Shown here piece after piece: positions 1 through 10,700 of a DNA stretch of 64,000 bases; position 1 is the stretch's first letter; the number at the start of each line of letters is the position of its first letter. The stretch is from Phoronis australis (Eukaryota > Animalia > Phoronida): assembly GCA_002633005.1 (NCBI GenBank), contig NMRA01000019.1:173555-237554 (forward strand), given 5' to 3'. The position numbers were made by a program, and so were the translations under genes. The notes under the pieces are model-generated. The model did no database searches, was not told the origin of the DNA, and saw only the letters and a list, made by a program, of their open reading frames with translations.

Positions 1-1924
1 TGCGTATTTGAGACTTTCTGAAACATTAATATTGACAAAACAGAAGATTCTCGGCATAAATCAGACTGTACTCAAACCAGGCAAACCTCCCAAAAACAAA
101 TGAAACCCAGCAAACTTTCAATAAGTTTCACAGACACAACAAAAGTGATTTTGAGTACCAGTCCAATTTTTCCACAAATCTTCCGTTTTCCGCACTAGTC
201 TTGCCTCATGTTACTTTACCTGTTTTCGATGGATCTGCTACCGCTCCGTTGAACATGGACTGAGGGACTCCTCCAACACCAGGAATCTGCAAGTTGAAAT
301 GGAGACAGATGAATGGTTGTTGAGTATCAAAGAGCCTTCAGGGATAAAGAAAGGTGGAAGCATACGGAATACGTACAAGTACAAGGTCATTTGCAACGAT
401 GTTGACAACTTGAAGAACAAAACAGTGCAAATCAGATACACTGAAATAAATACCTGCAAAACGAAACAGATCAAGTTCTACACAAAGGGGAAATTTAGTG
501 TTCGTAGATATTTGGCTGAACGTACGGACTTGTAAATTAAGTCCTACATAGCCATAAAGGGGTGTGACATGCAGAGAATTTGAATTTTTAGAAAAAAATG
601 TTAACTATAACATTCTGTGAATTGTAAAAAGCTTCAATTTTTGTTAAACTAATTTTTTCCATGATATCTTCCAAAAATTTTTGTCAGAAAACTCGATGTA
701 AATTGTGCAAGTGTGACAGATGTGCGTGACTGACATACACTCTGAATTTCTAGTGTTAGATCATTTGTTGTGGCTAAGATATCAGTTCAAAATAATTCAA
801 ACTTCAGTATTTAATCTCATAATTACTATTAGATTAAGTATATTGGTCTTTTGCAACTGATTAAAAATTGAATAACCACAATGGAACATACATCCATAAT
901 AGTATGTCTGGTCCCAATTACTGGCTGGCACTTATGATACACAAACCTAATGTCAGAACCATGTCCTGTTTCCAAAAGTGTTTTCAACTACATTTCTTAT
1001 CATGTTATCTTCTGCATTGTTCAAACTACTAGGTGTGGTAATGTTAACTTTTCAACATATTTAATTAATCATGTAATTTTAATAATTTTTTTGCTAATTA
1101 GGATTCTCACTAACCGCTTGTCCACGACCAGGGTGATTTTTGGGCACCAAATTTTTTATTTGATGTAGGCATACTAACACCAAATGCATGAATTTGTAGC
1201 TTTGACTGTCCTGAACAGTTTTTGAACACTTGTTCTGAGCATCCCAACCCAATATTGTGTGGATAACCAACTATTTAGGAGATAATAAAAAAGTATGGGC
1301 ATCTACGGACACTACAAAACAACAGATTTTTTGATTTCAAACAAGACAATACACTTTAATAAAGTCTAGGTATTTATTTCATTTTAATTGCAACATAAAT
1401 ACATACACAAACTTTATACCATGGTTAAACATTGTTGCCATGGAGTGTCCTCGTGTAAGTCTACGGACGAACACTACAAAATGTCTACGAACACTACATT
1501 CATGGATGGTAGTACCTATTGTCAACTCCAGCGATGTAGTTATCATTGATTGACTGTGTGAATAAATTGTGTCCAGAAGCATATCCGTAAGATAAAACAT
1601 TGAGTAACAGCAACTGGTAGTTAACATCTTTAGAGAGATCTACGGACGCTAAATGTTTGGAAGGGACATTTAAGTCGATATTTCATGATTAAAGAATACA
1701 CATTTTAGAGTTAACGCTCACAGTGTAGTTCAATTATTCCATCTTTATATGTGAGTTACTATCAAACAGCAAACTTAGGGTTCCACGTAATATTTTATTG
1801 TGCTATGAACTAAAACAATGACAAATTGTAAAATACATAACAAAAAATAGTGTTGATTCAACGTGCAATACCTTTGGTTCCAGCTTCCAGGCATCAGATT
1901 ACGATTCAGTTTTGTGCAATGAAA

Positions 1925-2100
1925 GCTATAGATCATTATACCACAATATTAGCGTCAAATGGCAGATACAACCGTGTAATAACCCATAAAGTTATCTCAC
2001 TAGTGAGATAACGATTTGGCGGGAAACCGAGGACAGAGTCGAACCCGGGACCTTGAAATTGCTGGTTGCCGACTTTACCACTACACCATGCAGCGACTGA
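1925..2100 (-). mobile_element. tRNA-derived SINE-like repeat
   Basis: Minus strand A box TGGTGTAGTGG and B box GGTTCGACTC at tRNA spacing; no clean cloverleaf; left boundary approximate. Confidence 0.55.
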
Positions 2101-2643
2101 CGTCATCAAGTGTGAAAATAGAATACTTAAATGAGCACGCGCAATAATCGCATGTTCAACAAACCACACTGTACTGTACTTATAAGCTACAAAAAATAAG
2201 ACACATAATTTCCATAAAAATGAAACCTTAATTCAGTGAAAATTTTCTCTCATGTCCTCTTACTTGTAAATCACCAATCTCCAGTTTGAATGCGGGTATC
2301 GTGTCGTCAGGATCTTTGACTTGAGAATTATATTTAGTTACCAGTGATAACCTACTTTAGCAGATGATAATTTCCCGGTCGAAGCTTAGCGTGAAAAAAA
2401 ACGTGTTTTAAGCTATAACAGTTGGTAAACCTTAATTTATAAATTCAATTTATTTCTATTATATTTAAGTTTTTTATTGGTTTTGAGTAAAAGCATTATT
2501 TGACAAAAATAGCCCGGCTTTTCTTAAAAGGTCACCACCTCCCACCCCGGGCCTCTGACATAGAAAGTACTTTACAAAGCTGTGGAGAGTCAGAAAAGGT
2601 AAATCGATTCATTGCAATGTTTCTCGTTTAGTATGTGGTATAA

Positions 2644-2807
2644 ATAGATTATTACATGTTCTCAGCCGTTATCCCCCTTATCTAAAGCCCTCGTGGATTT
2701 TGGAGAATTATCACCCTTGGGGCTAACGCCCCTCGGGCGATAATTCTCCAAAATCCACTCGGGCTCTAGATAACGGGGGATAACGACTTCGCCATGTAAT
2801 AATCTAT
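2644..2807. mobile_element. Palindromic MITE-like hairpin
   Basis: ATAGATTATTACATG...GTGGATTTTGGAGAATTATC / GATAATTCTCCAAAATCCAC...CATGTAATAATCTAT; almost wholly self-complementary. Confidence 0.8.
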
Positions 2808-5113
2808 ATTTATCTGCAAGAATTAAGCGTTTTAAAAGGATTTCCCATGATGCAATATTTCTAAATGCATAATTCTAATTGCTATCTTCCTAAAATGGGA
2901 ACATATACCATAAAAAATACAGTGTTTCTGATAACTTGTAGCACTCTAAAATTTCCGAGGCCAATATAATCATCCCTTGAATGCATTGACAATAGTACAA
3001 TACGATCATTTGGGAACACAATTTAATGACAAATGCAGACATAAATACATGGAAACACCCCATAACATGACTGTAATTGCAATATACCCTGATCGTAGAC
3101 AAGCCGTAAGCTTGTACAGGCTTGATGTCTGGGCCATGTTGTTGATAGCTCTGATGAATACCCATTGCCCAGGTTAATAATGAAAGTGATGTTTTAAAAG
3201 TATTAAAGTAAGAGGATTTCAGTATCTCCTTATAACAAAGTGTCAAGCGAACAATTGCTTCAGCATGGTTTAATTGACAACATGACATTCATAATCTGAT
3301 CCAACACATAAGTGAGACTTTGCAGTGAGAAGGCATAGACATTAAATTTAGGATTATGTGGAGTTAATAAACGTATCATATGCTGGTCTTTATTTAAATG
3401 ACTGGCTTTAAAAATACGCTTTTTACTCATGTCTTCGATGCGTGAAAGAAAGTTCCATCGCCTTTCACGCAGGTAGAATTACCAATTTTTCGATTCTTGA
3501 TGGCATTTTGTTGAGTTTCAGAGAACATCCTGGCAGATATCAGTTCTTCTCCGAGTCAACATCATTCTTCCCCTCGTCTCCAAAAATTCCCCATATCATT
3601 TCGAAATGACGGTTTAAGCTTCCAGAAGCTCAACATAAAAAAGTATAATATATTCATTCATTAAAAAATATTGTGAGATCAAAATCCTTGTTTTGCGAGA
3701 AATATGTAAAACCTGGTGATGTAAATCATTTGCAAGGAAATCATTTCATACAAGCCACCAAAGGCACAACAGTGACTAGTTAGTAAAAGTGCAATAAAAA
3801 TGCAGAGTAAAATAGGCCACAAATTTCCCACTATCATTTTTTCAAAACAAGACCAACCATTGCCGGTCAGAAGAAATAAAATGTTGATTCTAGCAAAACA
3901 GCAATTTGATTATTCATTCCGTTTAGGACTCTTTTACTACAAACTACACTGTGCACATTAAGAACGTATATGTATGAATATTTTTTGGTTATAACTGCAA
4001 TTTTCCAAAAGGATACCTTTACAAAGACCGGGCGGCAACCACAGAACAACAGGTAAGTCTATTAAATTAACATGTTATATTTGTGTTTATAATTAGAATG
4101 TAGTCAAATGCCTAATTTTTAACAAGATGAATTCCACAAGAATACGCAGAGCACTGTCAAGCAAATTCTACTGCAGAAAAAAGTCCATTTGAATTAATTT
4201 CGATGCACTTAGTACCAACTTCTTTACTCGATTTTATAACTGTCCAAGCACATCTTTAATTGTATGGAAATCAGTGGTCAACCACACAAAATGAACATCT
4301 TCAGATTGCGCCTTATTTCAATTTTCGACATTCTAACCAACATCTAACACCCAAAAAGTAAAGAAAAAATTAATGAACTCCGGTGCAGTTACTGGCGAGC
4401 GAGCTAGCAAGTCATCAATCAGTATTTGCATTTTCAAAACATCAGTGCATTTCCAAACATTGGTGCATTTCCATGTTCAGGCACAGCAAGCAAAAACATA
4501 TAGCAACATTCTTCAGTCGTCGATTCGCATGTTTGAATATTTCCAATCAGAACAATTCAACATTGTTAAATTTGGGATGACAACTTTAGTTGGTGTATAT
4601 CGTAGTACGTACATCAAAATAAAGCTTTTTGATTCGACTTTTTAACGCACGACATTATATGTTAATGTAAACACACAGCGCAAAGGGGAATAGGCAAACT
4701 ACGTCTTCTTGTGCTATCAAAATGGCGACGGCATCATGCTGCAGTTGTCTGGCAACTCTTGACGATTTCAACACCACATATTCTGATTAATGAGCTGTTT
4801 TTTGTTGAAATAAGCCTTGTGCTTTTTAAATGATATGTTAGTATGCTATACGTGGTTATTTGATTATCTGTGGATGAATATCAGATGTTTAAACTTGAAA
4901 TTGGCAAGATAACAAGTCAGACTGGTGTCAACACACACGGAAATGATTTTGTGTGGTTTTCAACCTAGAGATCTACTTTCATCGTAAAACATGAGCCATA
5001 TTTCAACAGAGAAATGAAATTACTTGTCCTGACCTATAAGACACTTGTCCAAAGATAATTAAACTCAAATTATACTTTTCACTTCCGCTTAATCTTGAGA
5101 TTAAGCAGGCGTG

Positions 5114-6038
5114 CGTTCAGTAACGCTAGGACCTAGCTAAAATCTAGGCAAAGTCACATGTATTCATTTGAAATATACGGCAATGTCGGTAATTGTTTAC
5201 AATATGACGACAAAGACTTAGACATATGATTTTGGTACCGTTCGATTCCTCGCAATGTTATCTTTCCAAATATACACAGAAATTTGTCCTACCCGGTTCC
5301 CTTAGTTTTTTATCGTGAAATTTCTGCTCGCACTATTTCCTGGTACTCGGTAGTAATACTGCCATGTTGAATGGATAAGGAGTCAGCTGGCGGTCAAAAA
5401 CTGAACTAATCTACCGACTTGCAGATCATCGCTTTTCATAAGTTCAAATTGACTGAGACCCGTCAATCCACTGCCCGAGTTACGTAACCAAGGGTTCGAA
5501 TTCGATCCTATGGTGACCCTGATATACGCATCTGCTAGCAAGAATCTGCCAAAAAAGCGGCGGTTGTTTTTGAGGAACAGATTTGTGAAAAAAGTATCAC
5601 TTCAGACAATTTCATGGAAAAATGGTCAAATGGTCACAATTCTAAAAAAATGGAAAAGGTAAAATGCTTCTACTTGTGCATCCACCATCTTATGTCAGGA
5701 AAACTTTAGCGGGAATCTCGCGCGGGCAACCACCATTCAGAATAAATGATGCTGTTTCATTCAATAACAATAGGTGTCGCTGTTATCTTGAGTTGAACTA
5801 ACATGGCGGTGTCCACCGGGAAATAGTGCTAACTGAAATTCGACGATAAAATATGAAGGAAACGCGGTAGGGGATCAATTCATATGATATATTTTTGGAA
5901 AGGTGACGGCATGAGGAATCGAACAATACCAAAATCACATGTGTAAGCTATTGTCGTCATATTGTAAACAATTACCGCAATGTCTCACGTCATTTCGCAA
6001 AGTCTTGCTTTTTAGCGAGGTCCTAGCGCTACTGAACG
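5114..6038. mobile_element. MITE with long imperfect TIRs
   Basis: CGTTCAGTAACGCTAGGACCTAGCTAAAA / TTTTAGCGAGGTCCTAGCGCTACTGAACG, plus an inner inverted block GGTAATTGTTTACAATATGACGACAA / TTGTCGTCATATTGTAAACAATTACC. Confidence 0.75.
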
Positions 6039-6438
6039 GGAGGCAGGATTCTAAGTTTAGGGAGGACAATCGAAAAGTAGGTCACGGTGCTCCATATCTG
6101 CCTCCGTGTAAAACCCACGGCGGTAAATTACCCGATTTCAGACTTCAAAGTTAACTATAAGACAATTTTGTGTTATGAATCGTTACCTTAGTCTTTATTT
6201 GTAAGTTTGTAATCTTTTTGTCTCAAATTAGCGCTGATAAATCATTTTTTGTAAGCTTTTTTTAGCGCACGATTTTCCGCCATGCGATCAACTTTCGAAA
6301 AAGTACCTCTTGTTCCTCCTATCCAAAAGAGCACTATACTCTCAAATACAAACATGAAATTTGGACAGGATGTAGTTTAGATGCGTGCGCATCTCCTCAA
6401 GTTGTTTTCTCGAAGTCAAGGCCAAGTTTTCATGGCGA

Positions 6439-6653
6439 NNNNNNNNNNNNNNNNNNNNNNNNNNNNNNNNNNNNNNNNNNNNNNNNNNNNNNNNNNNNNN
6501 NNNNNNNNNNNNNNNNNNNNNNNNNNNNNNNNNNNNNNNNNNNNNNNNNNNNNNNNNNNNNNNNNNNNNNNNNNNNNNNNNNNNNNNNNNNNNNNNNNNN
6601 NNNNNNNNNNNNNNNNNNNNNNNNNNNNNNNNNNNNNNNNNNNNNNNNNNNNN
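6439..6653. other. Assembly gap
   Basis: Run of N. Confidence 1.
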
Positions 6654-7141
6654 TTTTAAATGATATGTTAGTATGCTATACGTGGTTATTTGATTATCTG
6701 TGGATGAATATCAGATGTTTAAACTTGAAATTGGCAAGATAACAAGTCAGACTGGTGTCAACACACACGGAAATGATTTTGTGTGGTTTTCAACCTAGAG
6801 ATCTACTTTCATCGTAAAACATGAGCCATATTTCAACAGAGAAATGAAATTACTTGTCCTGACCTATAAGACACTTGTCCAAAGATAATTAAACTCAAAT
6901 TATACTTTTCACTTCCGCTTAATCTTGAGATTAAGCAGGCGTGCGTTCAGTAACGCTAGGACCTAGCTAAAATCTAGGCAAAGTCACATGTATTCAGAGG
7001 AATCGAACAATACCAAAATCACATGTGTAAGCTATTGTCGTCATATTGTAAACAATTACCGCAATGTCTCACGTCATTTCGCAAAGTCTTGCTTTTTAGC
7101 GAGGTCCTAGCGCTACTGAACGGGAGGCAGGATTCTAAGTT
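6654..7141 (+). repeat. Duplicate of 4824-6057 lacking 5167-5912 (probable alternative haplotype)
   Basis: 6654-6996 = 4824-5166 and 6997-7141 = 5913-6057; begins directly after an N gap. Confidence 0.85.
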
Positions 7142-7323
7142 CACGCACAGCAGTTCCAGCTTTTGAGCCTTTTGTGCCCTAATTTCGGAACTCAACATGC
7201 GACTCGTTGCGAGCGCTTTCCAACTTTCACGAAAGAAACTGTCAAAATACAATCGTTTTTAAAATACCTTTAAAATGTTTTGTCTTACACAAATTTTCAA
7301 ACGAGCAGAGGACCGTATTTTAC

Positions 7324-7365
7324 CTGAGGAAATGCGCCTGGAAGCGGCATCCCGTACGTCGCCAT
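7324..7365 (-). CDS. Probable first coding exon of an unidentified gene divergent from NHP2
   Basis: Minus strand ACAAG-ATGGCG (good initiation context) encodes MATYGMPLPGAFPQ and ends at CAG|GTAAAA. It is a CpG-rich patch 259 bp from the NHP2 ATG. Downstream exons were not confidently found. Confidence 0.45.
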
Positions 7366-7624
7366 CTTGTCCTTTCCAAGTACTATCGCATTTTCTCGAT
7401 GACGATATTGGACTAGTTTAAAGAATAAATAATTTGTTATAATATTAAAAAATATTTTCACGATTTACCTGGTTTTGTATGAATATGTTTAACTATTTAT
7501 CGATAAAATTACTACTTGTTAATTCGCCTGAATTGTGGTGAATTGTAAATCACAGGATATTAATATTATTGCAATAACCAGTATCTTAGTTGACCTGTTT
7601 GAACAAAGCACGCGTGAGAGAAAC
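7366..7624. promoter_or_regulatory. NHP2 promoter/5' UTR, probably bidirectional
   Basis: Lies between two divergent ATGs; AT-rich core about 7416-7520; YY1-like CGCCATCTT at the left edge. Confidence 0.45.
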
Positions 7625-7769
7625 ATGGGGAAGGACAAACGGAAGTCGGAGGGTGGCGACGACGACAAAACAGCACACTGGGACGAAGTTGTGCAGCATA
7701 TTAGTCCAATCGCTAATCCACTTGCTAGCAGAAAACTTGCAAAGAAAATATACAAAGCCGTCAAAAAAG
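7625..7769 (+). CDS. NHP2: NHP2 coding exon 1
   Basis: ATG at 7625; donor G|GTGAGC at 7770; encodes MGKD...KAVKK. Confidence 0.93.
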
Positions 7770-10700
7770 GTGAGCCGTCACTTAACGGTACAATCAGTGT
7801 CCGACTTCCGAACCGTTTCATCAATCAAAGCACAGGCGTCCTCAACTTCTGACCGTCGCCAACACAAGAATACTACAAGGTATGACACTCCGGACTAGAA
7901 ATTCCACGGGTGCTTCACTTCAGCCGTCCATAGCAAACGCAAAACTATAAATTTACACAAAACAGGGATTCAACAAACCATGAGGAATGGTTCTTTCTGC
8001 CAATACCATTTACAGTGACTGTCCTACTCTAGCAGCTCTACGTCTACAGTGTTCGCAACAAATTTGCAATCAAAGCACAAAAATCTTCTCAAAAAGTTGC
8101 TGCGTACTAGCAATATACTTCACGCGGTCAAGGTCAAGTAGGGTACGGAATAATCAGATGAGTTACGAATTGCCAGTTCATCACGGAAGGTTGCGAAATG
8201 GTCTGGCTAAGTGTGGATGTTGATGTCATGACCTTCCGTGACAAACCGGCAATTTCTGTGTAGCATATTGCTGGTACACAGCGACTTTTTGGGAAGATTT
8301 TTGTGCTTTGACTGCGAATTTGTTGCGAACTAGGTGAAGCTGGACACTGTAAATGGTATTGGATGAAAGAACAATTCCTCATGGTTTGTTGAACCTCTGT
8401 TTTTTGAAAATTTATTGAGTTTTGTGATTGCTATGGGCGGCTGAAGTGAAGCACCCGTGGAATTTCTAGTCCGGAGTGTCATACCTTGTAGTATATTATA
8501 GAGTGTTGGGGACAATCAGAAGCTGATTCTCAAGACCACAGGCGTCCTCAGCTTCTGATCGGCCCAATACACTACATATAATACTACAAGGTATGACACT
8601 CGGGACTTGAAATTCCACGGGTGCTTCGATTCAGCCATCCATATCAAACACATAACTCAATAAATGTACACAAAACGGGTTCAACAAACCATGAGCAATT
8701 GTTCTTTCTTATAATACCATTCATGGTGTCCTGCTTCAGCGAGTTCCAAGAAATTCGCAGTCAAAGCACAAAAATGTTCCCAAAAAACCCAAACACCTCG
8801 CAGTTTGACGGTTCGAGGTCAAAGACGGTACGGAAATTGCCGGTTTGTTGCGTTAAGTCATGATGTCACTTACGCTGTCCATCCGTAACTCATCGATAAT
8901 TTCCATTCGTCCTTGACCTCGAACTGTCAAAGTGCGAAGTGTGTTTGGGCTTTTTGGGAACATATTTGTGCTTTGGCTGTGAATTTCTTGCAAACTCGCT
9001 GTCCAGAGCAGGACACCTTGAATGGTATTATAAGAAAGAACAATTGCTCATGGTTTGTTGAACCCCTGTTTTGTGTAAATTTTATTGAGTTATGTGTTTG
9101 ATATGGATGGCTGAATCGAAGCACCTGTGGAATTTCTAGTCCCGAGTGTCATACCTTGTAGTATTATATGTAGTGTATTGGGGACGCGATCAGAAGCTGA
9201 GGACGCCTGTGCAGGCTAAAATACACTAACGTTACTCTGAAACACATTCTGCATAGAAGCAACTTCAGTCAAGGCTAACTATTAGTTATTCCTGCCAAGA
9301 GGTGTCGCAATTTAAAAAACGGTTGGTAGCCTAAATTGTATTGCAAATGAACGCCTTGAAAAACTCTGAATTTATTAATAAGAAGGGATGAATCGCCATG
9401 ATAAGAGGATTCAGAAAATACTGTTATCAAGTGTGTATGTTATGGAGTCGGAATAACCCCAATGATGTCTCAAACTCATCCCAGCTAGAACAAATACTCC
9501 TCCAATCAAACTTTTTTCGAAGAGACTTCATTCAGTTGCCAATTTAGGCAACTTTTCGAAGGCCTGTTCAAAAAAAGTTTGGTTATTGGAGCATTTGTTT
9601 GAGTTAGAAGGAATTACAGACATCAACGGCCTCCGAATGTGTCCCTTTACGTGCACAAGGTACTTATAGTGACATGATTTTGATATTTTAATCAGTGTGA
9701 GGCATAATTCGTGAAAAGCTTACAGCGTATGGAGGCCTATGGAATGGCCACCATCTTAAAGGCGAAGGCAACCTTTTTCCATGTCATTTTGAGCTAAAAT
9801 AAGGTTGGTTGGTTATCCTAGACATATTTTTCACTCAATTACAGCTTTTCGTAATTTTATTAATTACTCGTCCGCTATTCCGGAAGTGACGTTTTAGGAG
9901 GCAAGCGTTTCCCGCCACTTGGTTTTGCATTGAGTTTACTGTGCAAATCTGTTCTATTCTACTTCTGTTTTGTGCTATTTTTCACCAATTGTCGCCACCA
10001 CTTTCCATCGGCGAGTATTCTGCGGCAAGATAGGTTAGTAGAGAACTCAACTATGTTGGATTTAGGGATTGTTTAGTGTGTTGTAAGCTGAAAATGGCTG
10101 GAGTCTGTGACCCGTATCACAGTGACAGTAGTTTGAGTGACGGAGACCTTGTTCACAGCAGTGGTGACGAGGAATTTTTCACGGACATTCAGTGGGTGGG
10201 TACATGTTTGAGCCCGAATATAACGAGGCAGAGTAAGCACATTCACTGGCAGCTGTTGAGAGAAATTAGGCGGCTACTGAGGACAGAAGTGGTGACACAT
10301 CTTGGTGCAAATGCACTGTGTGCCTTGTTTACCTACCTCAATGGAATGCTTGTGCTGTTCAGAGTTCGACGAGGCCAAGCCACTACTGGACATGGTTAAG
10401 TGGACCTTCGGCATACCACGGACAGAGGAACAACTGTCCTGCTACACACTCCCACTGGATGGTGACCTGAGCACCCAAACCTCTTACACCGTGTCGTGTG
10501 ACTCCCTCGCCACACACCTGGCACCTTCTAAATAGCTCCAACACTTTAGACCACAATAAACTTATCAAAGTTTGGCTCGCCGATCTGTTCACTGGACGAC
10601 GAACTGTCCTCTTCACTGGGTGTCAAACTGAGCCTGTTATCACTCCCACTACTCAATATCGCTGCAGGGCTGCTTAGAGGTTCTGGGGTGGAGAAAACAG

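Noticed and set aside
248-535. ORF METDEWLLSIKEPSG...YLAERTDL as a host gene
   Set aside because: Upstream frames are broken by stops, there is no clear acceptor and no recognisable domain; more likely a decayed transposon C-terminus.
1300-1725. Repeated TCTACGGAC/ACACTACA motifs ending near CACAGTG (RSS-heptamer-like)
   Set aside because: Probably subterminal repeats of a DNA transposon. No partner end, nonamer or transposase was found, so no Transib/RAG claim is supportable.
2020-2100. Possible genuine tRNA genes here and near 20990, 26170, 33120 and 34400
   Set aside because: A/B boxes are present but acceptor and anticodon stems do not pair properly; treated as tRNA-derived repeats.
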